From Acidimicrobiales bacterium (GTDB lineage Bacteria > Actinomycetota > Acidimicrobiia > Acidimicrobiales > DATDAH01): DNA of 64,000 nucleotides. Made by a program: the position numbers and the translations under genes. The stretch is taken from contig JBGAOY010000015.1 of assembly GCA_044221555.1 (NCBI GenBank), forward strand, positions 1,721 through 65,720. Reading direction: 5' to 3'. How positions within the stretch are numbered: position 1 is the stretch's first letter; every line of letters begins with the position of its first letter. Below are positions 8,901 to 18,289 of this stretch, piece after piece. The notes under the pieces were generated by a model, which saw only the letters and a program-made list of their open reading frames with translations, ran no database searches and was not told where the DNA came from.

Positions 8901-10637
8901 TCAGATGCTCATCTCCACCGTCGCCGGACGCGGCTCATCCGGCTCATTGTCGCCCAAGTGGGTCGGGTCGGGCCGGGCACCCCCGTCCTGGTCGCGGTGG
9001 CGGTTCCTCGTGACCAGCCCTGCCGCGAGCACCGCGACCAGTGGGACCACCGGGTAGCGGTAGTGGGGATCGATGACCCCCACGAGGATGGCGAGGGTGT
9101 ACAGCACGATCGGCACCCAGATCGGCAGGGCGCGTCGGCAGGCGGGCACGAGGGCCAGGCCGAGCAGCGCCAGGGCACCGACGAGCCACCCCCACAGGTT
9201 CGCGAGGTCGCCGAGGGGACCGTGCCAGCGCCCGGCCCAGCCGGGCTCCGAGTAGTTGCGGGCGCCGTCCACCACCCGGCCCTCGCTGCTCCAGGTCTCC
9301 CACAGCTTGTCGCTGTACAGCCGGGTCGCCTGCACGGGGTGCGTCGTCGCCCACCGCACCGCCTCGCCCATGGCCCTCCGGTACCAATGGGCCTCGTCGG
9401 GCTCGGTGAGCTCGACGCCCGGCGGCGGGGCGGCCCCGAGCCGCTCGAGCATCGGGAGGAAGCGGCGGTCGTCGAAGGGAGAGCCGCCGTAGCAGTCGGC
9501 TTGGATCCGGGGGCTCAGCTTGTCGGGCTCCCAGAGCGGCAGGGCATCGTCGTGGTTGCCGAAGCAGGCCGCGCCGGCGTTGTTGGTGGACGCGGGGCTC
9601 CAGACGCCGACCTGCACGCCGTTGCGGATGGTCCACGGCACCAGGACGACGAGGGTGGCCAGGGCCACGAGCCCCGTCGCCCGGGCCACGCCCCGCCAGG
9701 CGCCGGTCTGGGCGCGGATGGCCAGCGCCGGCGCGGCGAGGCCGATGAGGCCGGGGCTGCGCACCAGGAACGCCGCGCCGGCGAGCAGGCCCACCAGGAG
9801 CCAGCGCCGATGCCACCCGTCGCGTGCCCCCACCGTGGCCAGCGCCAGGATGCCGAGGAGGAACGGTGTGAACGCGGTCTCGCTGTGGGCCGTCGAGGTC
9901 CAGTACACGAGCGCGGGGCACAGGGCCACCAGCCAGGCGGCGGTGTTGCGGGCCTGCGGTCCGATCCACCGCGCCGCCAGGAAGCCCGACAGGACGATGG
10001 TGATCGTCCCCGCGACCACGTTCACCAGCGACGCCACGAACGCGGCGCCGGCCCAGCCCGTCTCCCGGCCCACCCACACGAACGGGGCCAGCAGCGCCGG
10101 GTAGCCGGGGGGCCAGTAGGCGCTCGGGCCGCCCCCGCCGCCGAACCGGGGGCTGATCCCCTCGGTGAGGCCGATGGCGATGCGCAGGTACTCGGCCGGG
10201 TCGCGCAGCTCGTTCGGCGTCCGGGTGGCCCAGATCACCCAGAGCAGGCGCAGGCCCGCACCGACGACGATTGCAGCGACGAAGCCCGCCCGCCGCGAGG
10301 GCCGCGGCACCCGCGGCCTGGGGATCGACCGGGCCGTGCCCGCGAGCCGTTCCCCGAGGCGTCGACCACCGCCCCGCGAGCCGGACGCGTCCGAGCCGGC
10401 GACGGACGCCGCGACGGTGGTGCTCGCCGCGACGGTGGTGCTCGCCGCGGCCTCCGGGGCCGGCGTGGCGTCCATCGGCCGAGCCGGAGGTGGCGGTGCG
10501 ACGCGACTCGCCGACCGCCTCGCCGCCCGGCGGGCCCGCCACGCGGGCCACCCGAAGGTCACCACCTGGGCCAGGAGCGCCACCCCGACCACGACGGCCA
10601 CCCCAACGGCGAGCCGCTCGCCCAGGGCCGCGGTCAT
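8901..10637 (-). CDS. GT-C-type (ArnT/PMT-like) membrane glycosyltransferase
   Basis: Multi-TM; RDPAEY, AYWPPGYP, SETAF, LVPWTIRN, RYPVVP motifs; TAACGT -10 6 nt before ATG. Confidence 0.7.
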   Translation of the reverse strand: MTAALGERLAVGVAVVVGVALLAQVVTFGWPAWRARRAARRSASRVAPPPPARPMDATPAPEAAASTTVAASTTVAASVAGSDASGSRGGGRRLGERLAGTARSIPRPRVPRPSRRAGFVAAIVVGAGLRLLWVIWATRTPNELRDPAEYLRIAIGLTEGISPRFGGGGGPSAYWPPGYPALLAPFVWVGRETGWAGAAFVASLVNVVAGTITIVLSGFLAARWIGPQARNTAAWLVALCPALVYWTSTAHSETAFTPFLLGILALATVGARDGWHRRWLLVGLLAGAAFLVRSPGLIGLAAPALAIRAQTGAWRGVARATGLVALATLVVLVPWTIRNGVQVGVWSPASTNNAGAACFGNHDDALPLWEPDKLSPRIQADCYGGSPFDDRRFLPMLERLGAAPPPGVELTEPDEAHWYRRAMGEAVRWATTHPVQATRLYSDKLWETWSSEGRVVDGARNYSEPGWAGRWHGPLGDLANLWGWLVGALALLGLALVPACRRALPIWVPIVLYTLAILVGVIDPHYRYPVVPLVAVLAAGLVTRNRHRDQDGGARPDPTHLGDNEPDEPRPATVEMSI

Positions 10638-10773
10638 GCCTCGACGTTACCCCGGACCGGGCGGCTCGACGGGGTCGGAAACCCGTGAGCGACGTCCTCG
10701 AAGCGTCCCGTCGCCTGACTAGACTGACCACCTTCGAGAGACGCACGAACGACAACACGAGGGGTGAACCGGC

Positions 10774-11937
10774 GTGGCTGAGATCGAGATCGGGATCGGC
10801 AAGTCGGGGCGACGGGCCTACGGCTTCGACGACATCGCGATCGTCCCGAGTCGCCGCACCCGAGACCCGGAGGACGTGGACATCTCCTGGGAGATCGACG
10901 CCTTCCGCTTCGAGCTGCCCCTGATGGGATCGGCCATGGACGGGGTGATCAGCCCCGCCACCGCGATCGAGATCGGTCGCCTGGGTGGTGTGGGCGTGCT
11001 CAACCTCGAGGGCCTGTGGACCCGCTACGAGGACCCCGACCAGCTGTTCGCCGAGATCGCGGAGCTGCCGCCCGAGAAGGCCACCCTGCGCATGCAGGAC
11101 ATCTACTCGGCGCCCATCATCCCCGAGCTCATCGGTGAGCGCATCCGCCAGATCAAGGATGCCGGGGTGGTGTCGTGCGCCTCGGTCACCCCGCAGCGCA
11201 CCGAGGCCTTCTCGAAGGCCATCCTCGACGCCGAGCTCGACCTGCTGGTCATCCAGGGCACCGTGGTGTCGGCCGAGCACGTGTCCAAGACGGCCGAGCC
11301 GCTCAACCTCAAGCGCTTCGTGCGCGAGCTCGAGATCCCGGTCATCGTCGGTGGCTGCGCCAGCTACCAGGCCGCGCTGCACCTCATGCGCACCGGTGCC
11401 GCCGGCGTGCTCGTGGGCGTGGGCCCCGGCCACGCCTGCACCACCAGGGCGGTCCTCGGGCTGGGCGTCCCCCAGGCCACGGCCATCGCCGATGCCCGCG
11501 CCGCCCGCATGCGCCACCTCGACGAGACCGGCGTCTACGTGCACGTGATCGCCGACGGTGGCATGGGCACCGGCGGCGACATCGCCAAGGCCATCGTCTG
11601 CGGCGCCGACGCGGTCATGATCGGCTCGCCCCTCGCGGCCGCCAGCGAGGCCCCCGGCCGCGGCTACCACTGGGGCATGGCCACCTTCCATCCCACGCTG
11701 CCCCGCGGCGCCCGGGTCCAGACCGTCACCCGGGGCACGCTCGAGGAGATCCTCGTCGGCCCCGCCCACGAGAACGACGGGCGCATGAACCTCTTCGGCG
11801 GCCTGCGCACCTCCATGGCCACGTGCGGCTACGAGTCGGTCAAGGAGTTCCAGAAGGCCGAAGTGATGGTGGCGCCGGCGCTGCAGACCGAGGGCAAGAG
11901 CCTGCAGAAGTCCCAGGGCGTGGGGATGGGTCACTGA
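10774..11937 (+). CDS. guaB3: GuaB3-family IMP dehydrogenase-related protein
   Basis: [32 protein letters not shown] start, GPGHACTTR loop, no CBS pair, upstream of guaA. Confidence 0.9.
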   Translation: MAEIEIGIGKSGRRAYGFDDIAIVPSRRTRDPEDVDISWEIDAFRFELPLMGSAMDGVISPATAIEIGRLGGVGVLNLEGLWTRYEDPDQLFAEIAELPPEKATLRMQDIYSAPIIPELIGERIRQIKDAGVVSCASVTPQRTEAFSKAILDAELDLLVIQGTVVSAEHVSKTAEPLNLKRFVRELEIPVIVGGCASYQAALHLMRTGAAGVLVGVGPGHACTTRAVLGLGVPQATAIADARAARMRHLDETGVYVHVIADGGMGTGGDIAKAIVCGADAVMIGSPLAAASEAPGRGYHWGMATFHPTLPRGARVQTVTRGTLEEILVGPAHENDGRMNLFGGLRTSMATCGYESVKEFQKAEVMVAPALQTEGKSLQKSQGVGMGH

Positions 11938-11950
11938 CCCGGAGCTCCCG

Positions 11951-13510
11951 GTGACCGACCGCGGCGTGGAGGTCGGGGCCACCCCCACGGTCCTGGTCGT
12001 CGACTTCGGGGCCCAGTACGCACAGCTCATCGCGCGCCGTGTGCGCGAGGCCCACGTCTACAGCGAGATCGTCCCCCACGCCATCACCGCGGCCGAGGTG
12101 GCCGAGCGGGCGCCGGTCGCCATCATCTTGTCGGGTGGCCCGGCCTCGGTGAACGTCGAGGGGGCGCCCCGGCTCGACCCGGCGATCTACGACCTCGGCA
12201 TCCCGGTGCTCGGCATCTGCTACGGCGCCCAACTCGTCGCCCTGCAACTCGGGGGCGAGGTGGCGGGCACCGGCAAGGGTGAGTACGGGCGAACCACCCT
12301 CGAGGTGGTCAACCCGGGCCTGCTGATCCACGACTACCCCCCGGCCACCCAGGAAGTCTGGATGAGCCACTTCGACTCCATCGTGGCCGCGCCCGAGGGC
12401 TTCACCGTCACCGCGAAGACCGCGGACGTGCCCGCGGCGGCCTTCGAAGACCCCGATCGGGGCCTGTTCGCCGTGCAGTTCCACCCCGAGGTCGGCCACA
12501 CCCCGCAGGGCCAGGCCATCCTCGAGCGCTTCCTGTACGAGGGCGCCGGGTGCTCGCCGTCGTGGACCATGCGCTCGATCATCGACCAGTCCGTCGAGAA
12601 CATCCGGGCCCAGGTCGGCGACGAGAAGGTGATCTGCGGTCTGTCGGGTGGCGTCGACTCGGCCGTGGCCGCCGCCCTCGTGCACAAGGCGGTGGGCCAC
12701 CAGCTCACGTGCGTGTTCGTCGACACCGGCCTCATGCGCCGCGACGAGGGCGAGCAGGTGGTCGAGACCTTCCGCCGCAGCCAGGGCATCGAGCTGATCC
12801 ACGTGCAGGCCGCCGAGCGCTTCTTCGAGCGCCTCACCGGCATCGTCGACCCCGAGGAGAAGCGCAAGACCATCGGGGAGCTGTTCATCCGGGTCTTCGA
12901 GGAGGCAGCCGGGGGCCTGTCCGACGCCCGTTTCCTGGTGCAGGGCACGCTCTACCCCGACGTCATCGAGTCGGGCACCCCCGACGCCGCCCGCATCAAG
13001 AGCCACCACAACGTGGGCGGGCTGCCCGACGACATGGACTTCGAGCTGGTCGAGCCTCTACGGGCCCTGTTCAAGGACGAGGTCCGCGAGGTCGGCCGCG
13101 AGCTCGGGCTGCCCGACGAGATCGTGTGGCGCCAACCGTTCCCCGGCCCCGGCCTGGGTGTGCGCATCATCGGCGAGGTCACGCCCGACCGGGTGGCCAT
13201 CCTGCAACACGCCGACGCCATCGTGCGCGAAGAGGTGAAGGCCGCCGGCCTCGAGCGTGAGATCTGGCAGGCGTTCGCGGTGCTGCCCGACATCCGCAGC
13301 GTCGGCGTGATGGGCGACGAGCGCACCTACGCCTACCCCATCATCGTGCGGGCGGTCACCAGCGAGGACGCCATGACGGCCGACTGGGCCCGCATCCCCT
13401 ACGACGTGCTCGAGAAGTTCTCGTCGAGGATCATCAACGAGGTGCGCGGCGTGAACCGTGTCGTCTACGACATCACGTCGAAGCCGCCGGGGACGATCGA
13501 GTGGGAGTAG
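11951..13510 (+). CDS. guaA: GMP synthase (glutamine-hydrolysing)
   Basis: [50 protein letters not shown]. Confidence 0.98.
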   Translation: MTDRGVEVGATPTVLVVDFGAQYAQLIARRVREAHVYSEIVPHAITAAEVAERAPVAIILSGGPASVNVEGAPRLDPAIYDLGIPVLGICYGAQLVALQLGGEVAGTGKGEYGRTTLEVVNPGLLIHDYPPATQEVWMSHFDSIVAAPEGFTVTAKTADVPAAAFEDPDRGLFAVQFHPEVGHTPQGQAILERFLYEGAGCSPSWTMRSIIDQSVENIRAQVGDEKVICGLSGGVDSAVAAALVHKAVGHQLTCVFVDTGLMRRDEGEQVVETFRRSQGIELIHVQAAERFFERLTGIVDPEEKRKTIGELFIRVFEEAAGGLSDARFLVQGTLYPDVIESGTPDAARIKSHHNVGGLPDDMDFELVEPLRALFKDEVREVGRELGLPDEIVWRQPFPGPGLGVRIIGEVTPDRVAILQHADAIVREEVKAAGLEREIWQAFAVLPDIRSVGVMGDERTYAYPIIVRAVTSEDAMTADWARIPYDVLEKFSSRIINEVRGVNRVVYDITSKPPGTIEWE

Positions 13511-13520
13511 TGGTGGCGGT

Positions 13521-13543
13521 CGTCAGCCGCTGACCGGCTGACG
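13521..13543. terminator. Hairpin between convergent guaA and tatA
   Basis: CGTCAGCCG-ctgac-CGGCTGACG perfect 9-bp stem. Confidence 0.5.
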
Positions 13544-13583
13544 CCTCCTCCCGCGCTGCACGGGGCGACGGGCGGCGGCGTGC

Positions 13584-13826
13584 TCAGCGCTCCACGTGGG
13601 TCGCCCGGGGGTCGGTGACGACCACGGGCTCGGTGACCACGGCGGGCTCAGCGACGACGACGGGCTCAGCGACGACGGGGACGGCCTTGGCGGGCTCGTC
13701 GGAGCCGGCCTTGAACTCGCGCTGGGCCTGGCCCAGGGAGCGGGCCAGGTCGGGGACCTTGCGGGCGCCGAAGAGCAACATGACGACGGCGAGGATGATC
13801 AGGAGTTCGGGGGCTCCGAGGCTCAT
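13584..13826 (-). CDS. tatA: Twin-arginine translocase TatA/TatE subunit
   Basis: MSLGAPELLIILAVVMLLFGARKVPDLARSLG; GAAAGGA SD; C-terminal 18-bp EPVVV repeats. Confidence 0.93.
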   Translation of the reverse strand: MSLGAPELLIILAVVMLLFGARKVPDLARSLGQAQREFKAGSDEPAKAVPVVAEPVVVAEPAVVTEPVVVTDPRATHVER

Positions 13827-13857
13827 GGGAGTTCCTTTCACGGGACTGTGACTGGTG

Positions 13858-13884
13858 TACGGAGCGACCGGCGGCGGCGGATGA
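13858..13884 (-). promoter_or_regulatory. ECF-sigma-type promoter for tatA (TCATCC-N16-CCGTA)
   Basis: Reverse complement of 13879-13884 and 13858-13862, 16-nt spacer; same motif before tatB and the ferritin-like pair. Confidence 0.6.
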
Positions 13885-13897
13885 GAGGAGGTTCACC

Positions 13898-13924
13898 TCG
13901 TCCGGAACCGTCCCCGGCTCCGTA
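13898..13924 (+). promoter_or_regulatory. ECF-sigma-type promoter for tatBC (TCGTCC-N16-CCGTA)
   Basis: 13898-13903 and 13920-13924, 16-nt spacer. Confidence 0.55.
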
Positions 13925-14001
13925 TCGGGGGCATGACCGCCCTCCCTCGCCCGTGTCCCCCGGCCCTGGCGGCCGTCGCCGCCCGACGCGGGTAGACCGC
14001 C

Positions 14002-14280
14002 GTGTTCAACATCGGCGGTGCCGAGCTCCTGGTGATCCTCCTGGTCGCCCTGCTCGTGCTCGGCCCCGACAAGCTGCCGCAGGCCGCGCGCCAGGTGGGA
14101 CGCGCCGTCGGTGAGTTCCAGCGCATCGCCGGCGGCTTCCGAGACGAGATCCGCAGCGCCCTCGACGGGGAGGAGGACGCGGCCGGCCGGGCCGGGAAGG
14201 TCGACGACGCCGGCCGCCGCTCGACCACGGCGCGGGCGCCCGAACCGTCGTCCCCCGCCGATGGGCAGGTGCCGACGTGA
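14002..14280 (+). CDS. tatB: Twin-arginine translocase TatB
   Basis: MFNIGGAELLVILLVALLVLGPDKLPQAARQVG. Confidence 0.93.
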   Translation: MFNIGGAELLVILLVALLVLGPDKLPQAARQVGRAVGEFQRIAGGFRDEIRSALDGEEDAAGRAGKVDDAGRRSTTARAPEPSSPADGQVPT

Positions 14281-15050
14281 CCGCCACCACCGCACGGCCC
14301 GTCGCCCGGGCGCCCGAGCCATCCCAGATGACGCTCTTCGAGCACCTGTCCGAGCTGCGCAACCGGCTGTTCAAGGCCGTGGTGGCCGTGGTGCTGGGCG
14401 GCGTCATCTGCTGGCTCTTCTACAACCAGATCCTCGACGTCCTGGTCCAGCCCTACTGCGACATCCAGGGCGGGGACTGCAGCCTCTTCGTCACCGACCC
14501 GCTCGAGGGCTTCCGGACCCGACTGCAGATCGCGGGTTACGGCGGTGTGTTCCTGGCCATGCCGGTCATCCTGTGGCAGGTCTGGCGCTTCATCACCCCC
14601 GGGCTCCACGAGCACGAGAAGCGCTACGCACTGCCCTTCGTGGCGTCGGCGGTGACGTTGTTCGCGATGGGTGCCGCCCTGGCGTTCTGGACCCTCCCCA
14701 AGGCCCTCGACTTCCTGATCAGCATCGGCGGGAGCGACCTGCAGGAGATCTACTCCCCGGCGAAGTACCTCAGCCTCATCACCTACATGATGCTGGCGTT
14801 CGGGGTGGGTTTCGAGTTCCCGATCCTGCTGGTGTTCCTGCAGATGGCCGGCATCGTCTCACCCGAGAAGCTGGCCGGGTCGCGGCGCTGGGCCATCGTC
14901 ATCATCTTCGTCGGGGTGGCGGTGCTGACCCCCAGTGGTGACCCCTACAGCCAGATCGTGCTGTCGGTCCCGATGGTCCTGTTCTACGAGGTGTCGATCC
15001 TGATCGGTCGAGCCTTGCGACGCCGTCGGGTCGCCGCGATCGAGGCCTGA
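14277..15050 (+). CDS. tatC: Twin-arginine translocase TatC
   Basis: MTLFEHLSELRNRL, FITPGLHEHEKRY, FEFP, LTPSGDPYSQ. Confidence 0.96.
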   Translation: MTATTARPVARAPEPSQMTLFEHLSELRNRLFKAVVAVVLGGVICWLFYNQILDVLVQPYCDIQGGDCSLFVTDPLEGFRTRLQIAGYGGVFLAMPVILWQVWRFITPGLHEHEKRYALPFVASAVTLFAMGAALAFWTLPKALDFLISIGGSDLQEIYSPAKYLSLITYMMLAFGVGFEFPILLVFLQMAGIVSPEKLAGSRRWAIVIIFVGVAVLTPSGDPYSQIVLSVPMVLFYEVSILIGRALRRRRVAAIEA

Positions 15051-15052
15051 GG

Positions 15053-15079
15053 TCATCCGTCGGACCGGATGGCTCCGGA
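15053..15079 (+). promoter_or_regulatory. ECF-sigma-type promoter for ferritin-like pair (TCATCC-N16-CCGGA)
   Basis: 15053-15058 and 15075-15079, 16-nt spacer, upstream of GAGGAG SD and ATG 15124. Confidence 0.55.
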
Positions 15080-15123
15080 TGCCAACCAGTACCCCCGACC
15101 ACACCACGACGAGGAGACACACC

Positions 15124-15981
15124 ATGAGTGTCGATGACAGGGGGCTACGAGAGTTGATCTCGGAGTCCCAGGACCTGCAGAGCGACGCACTGCGAGGTGC
15201 CCGGGCGAACGCCTCCGCGGTGCAGGAGATCGGTGCGTCCCGACGGGGCCAGACGCCGGACCTGGACAAGACCAGGCACGTCAACCGCGAGCGCCGCCGA
15301 CTGCTGCGCAACGGTGGCTTCGGCATGGGGGCGCTCGCCGCCCGTGGGCTGCTCGGATCGGCCTTCGGTGCCGCGGTGATGAACATCGTGGCCAGCCCGG
15401 CCGGTGCCCAGGAGGACGTCGACGTGATGATCCTCCAGACCGCGGCGTCGTTGGAGAACCTGGCCGTGGCGACCTACGAGGCTGCGCTGACCCTGCCCTT
15501 CATCAAGAACGGCAACGCGGTGGTCAAGACCTTCGCCATGACCACCATGGACCAGCACACCGAGCACGGCGCCTCGTTCAACGCCCAGGCCGCGAGCCTG
15601 GGCGGTGAGCGCCAGACGGAGGCGAACCCCAAGTACGCCCCGATCGTGGAGGACGCCAAGCCCGGCTTGGACTCGCCGCTGAAGGTCGTCGACCTGGCCG
15701 CCACCCTCGAAGAGGTGGCCACGGACACGTACCTGGCCAACCTGTCGCTGGTGCAGGACGCGGAGACCCGCACCCTGTTCGCCAGCGTGATGGGTGTCGA
15801 GTCGCAGCACCTCGCCGTGCTGCGAGCCGTCAAGGCGCTCCTCGAGGCCGATGCGGCCGATCTGATCGCCTTGCCGCCCGACATCGCCGCCTACCCGGCG
15901 GCCGCCGGCAGCGTGGCCTTCCCCGAACCGTTCGAAGCGCCAGACATGGCCAGCCCGCCCGAGGAGGGTGCCGTCCGATGA
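15124..15981 (+). CDS. Ferritin-like domain protein with long-n-region Tat signal
   Basis: Internal ERRRLLRNGG, AGA-Q cleavage site; four-helix motifs LENLAVATYE, QHTEH, LEEVATDTY, VESQH. Confidence 0.8.
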   Translation: MSVDDRGLRELISESQDLQSDALRGARANASAVQEIGASRRGQTPDLDKTRHVNRERRRLLRNGGFGMGALAARGLLGSAFGAAVMNIVASPAGAQEDVDVMILQTAASLENLAVATYEAALTLPFIKNGNAVVKTFAMTTMDQHTEHGASFNAQAASLGGERQTEANPKYAPIVEDAKPGLDSPLKVVDLAATLEEVATDTYLANLSLVQDAETRTLFASVMGVESQHLAVLRAVKALLEADAADLIALPPDIAAYPAAAGSVAFPEPFEAPDMASPPEEGAVR

Positions 15982-16673
15982 CCACCGAGACCGAAGCGAT
16001 CAACCCTGTGGGGCCCCCTGCATCCAGCGGGCTCAGCCGCCGCAAGTTCCTCGCGGTGAGCGGCATGACCGCCGGCGTGGCCGTCATCGCCGTCGCCTGC
16101 GGCAGCGACGACAACGCATCGGGCACCGACCCGACGACGGCCACCACGGCCGCCGCCGGTGGCAGCACGACGGTCACCGCAGGAGGTGGCGGGGGTGACC
16201 TCGCCATCGCCGCTGGCGCCGCCGGGCTCGAGGTGCTGGCCGTGAACACCTACGGGGCTGCGCTCGACGCGGCCACCGCCGGTGATCTCGGTGACGTGCC
16301 CCCCGCGGTCGCGGAGTTCGCGACCAAGGCCAAGGACCAGCATCAGGCCGCGCTGGACGCATGGAACGGCGTGCTCACGGACAACGGCGAGTCGGCCGTG
16401 AGCGATCCGCCGGCCGACCTCGAGGCCACCGTCAACGACGCGTTCGCCGAGGTCACCGACGTCACCGGTGTCGCCGAGTTGGCGTTGATGCTCGAGGGCA
16501 TCGCCGCGGACACGTACCTGGACGCCCAGTCCATGCTGGAGGGCGGCGATGCCAAGCAGTTGGCGGGCTCGATCCAGGTGGTCGATCGCCAGCACATCGC
16601 GATCCTCAACTACGTCCTGGGTGAGTATCCCGTGCCCGACACCTTCCAGTCGGCGGAGAACTCCGTCCTCTAG
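15978..16673 (+). CDS. Ferritin-like domain Tat lipoprotein
   Basis: SRRKFL then IAVA-C lipobox; LEVLAVNTY, LEGIAADTY, VDRQH. Confidence 0.8.
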   Translation: MTTETEAINPVGPPASSGLSRRKFLAVSGMTAGVAVIAVACGSDDNASGTDPTTATTAAAGGSTTVTAGGGGGDLAIAAGAAGLEVLAVNTYGAALDAATAGDLGDVPPAVAEFATKAKDQHQAALDAWNGVLTDNGESAVSDPPADLEATVNDAFAEVTDVTGVAELALMLEGIAADTYLDAQSMLEGGDAKQLAGSIQVVDRQHIAILNYVLGEYPVPDTFQSAENSVL

Positions 16674-16681
16674 GTGGGCCT

Positions 16682-16719
16682 CGGGCGGGGATCGGGAGGG
16701 CGAACCCGGTCCCCGCCCG
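16682..16719 (+). terminator. GC-rich hairpin after ferritin-like operon
   Basis: CGGGCGGGGATCGGG-agggcgaa-CCCGGTCCCCGCCCG. Confidence 0.5.
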
Positions 16720-16873
16720 GTGTGTGCTCGCGCACCCCGGATCGGTGCTGTGTAGCCGGTCCGGGGTGCGTCGCGTCCCCGCCGCGGCCGGTGTGCTCGG
16801 GCCATTCGCCTCTGGCCCACCGCCGCCGGCGGGTCGACAGTGGAGGCACACCCTCGATGCAGGAGCGGTACTG

Positions 16874-18214
16874 ATGCTCTCCCACCGGCACGTCCCCCGA
16901 CTCACCGCCGTGGCCGTGGCCCTTGCGGCCCTTGCCCTCGTGTCGTTCACCGCCGGCGCTTCGGCCGGCGCCGCGGGTCGCGGGTCCGCCCCTGCGCCCG
17001 TCGTGGAGACGGCACTGAGCGGTGTGGCCCACGTCACCACCGGCGAGAACCACAGCTGCGCCTTGATGGCCAGCGGCCAGGTGCGCTGCTGGGGTCGGAA
17101 CGCCGACGGCCAGCTCGGTGACGGCACCCGCACGTCACGCAGCCGTCCCGTCACCGTGCTGAATGCCGCTGGGTCCGGCCCCCTCACCGGCGTGGCCCAG
17201 GTCATCGCCGGCGCGAACCACACCTGCGCCCGGTTGACCAACGGCAAGGCCAGCTGCTGGGGCGACAACGCCGACGGTCAACTGGGTGACGGCACCACCA
17301 CCGATCGCCTGCGACCCACGAAAGTGGTCGGCTCGTCGGGGACGGGCGCGCTCCGGACCATCACCCTGCTCACCGCCGACGGCTCCCATTCGTGCGCCCT
17401 CCTCGCGTCGACCGAGGCGAGGTGCTGGGGGGACGACACGTACGGGGCCCTCGGCGACGGCCTCGGCAGCACCGGCGAGCGGGTGATCTCGGCCGTGCCC
17501 GTGGCCGTCGTCGCCACGACCGACCCCGGGTCGCTGACCGGCATCACCCACCTCGTCACCGGGGGCGGCCACTCCTGCGCCGTGCTCGCGAACGGGCAGG
17601 CCCGGTGCTGGGGCATCAACGGGTTCGGCGAGCTCGGCGACGGGGTCATCGGCATGGATGGCGCACCTCGACCGGTGGTGGTGCTCAACGGCACCGGGAC
17701 CGGCCCCCTGACCGGCGTCAGCCTGGTGAGCGCCGGTGTGGCCCACAGCTGCGCGGTGATGACCAACGCTCGGGCCCGGTGCTGGGGTTCGGACACCGCG
17801 GACTACGTCCACTACGGGCAGCTGGGCACCCGCAGCGATTCGAGCTACCCCGCGACGGTCCTGAACAGCAGCGGCTCGGCGCCCCTCACCGGTGTGTCGA
17901 TGATCCGGGCCGGTGACGGGCACACGTGCGCCCGCCTGTCGGCCGGCCTCGCAGCGTGCTGGGGGGCGAACTACGACGGCCGCCTGGGCATCGGCCGCAG
18001 CGGCATGGACGCCGACCGCGACGTCCCCGTGCTGGTGCAGAACACCGCCGGCACCGCCGCACTGACGGGTGTCTCCGAGGTCGCCGCCGGCGGCGCGCAC
18101 AACTGCGCCCGCCTCTCGGCGGGTCTGGCGGCGTGCTGGGGCTCGAACTCGTACGGCCAGCTGGGCGACGGCACCCACACGCAACGGACCCGGCCCGTGC
18201 TCGTCATCCTGTAG
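16874..18214 (+). CDS. Secreted RCC1/BLIP-II-repeat beta-propeller protein
   Basis: Signal peptide; about seven repeats of GxxHxCA...CWGxNxxGQLGDG; SD CAGGAG before ATG 16874. Confidence 0.85.
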   Translation: MLSHRHVPRLTAVAVALAALALVSFTAGASAGAAGRGSAPAPVVETALSGVAHVTTGENHSCALMASGQVRCWGRNADGQLGDGTRTSRSRPVTVLNAAGSGPLTGVAQVIAGANHTCARLTNGKASCWGDNADGQLGDGTTTDRLRPTKVVGSSGTGALRTITLLTADGSHSCALLASTEARCWGDDTYGALGDGLGSTGERVISAVPVAVVATTDPGSLTGITHLVTGGGHSCAVLANGQARCWGINGFGELGDGVIGMDGAPRPVVVLNGTGTGPLTGVSLVSAGVAHSCAVMTNARARCWGSDTADYVHYGQLGTRSDSSYPATVLNSSGSAPLTGVSMIRAGDGHTCARLSAGLAACWGANYDGRLGIGRSGMDADRDVPVLVQNTAGTAALTGVSEVAAGGAHNCARLSAGLAACWGSNSYGQLGDGTHTQRTRPVLVIL

Positions 18215-18289
18215 CGCCGCGTCGGCGGCCCGACCCCGCGACCCGTCGGGTTGGACCGCCGTCGCCACGTGCTGTGAGCATGGCGCCGC

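Noticed and set aside
10774-11937. Canonical guaB
   Set aside because: Lacks the CBS pair and has the GuaB3-type N-terminus and GPGHAC loop
15079-15123. ATG 15079 as start of the ferritin-like gene
   Set aside because: It lies inside the predicted -10 box; ATG 15124 has a GAGGAG SD
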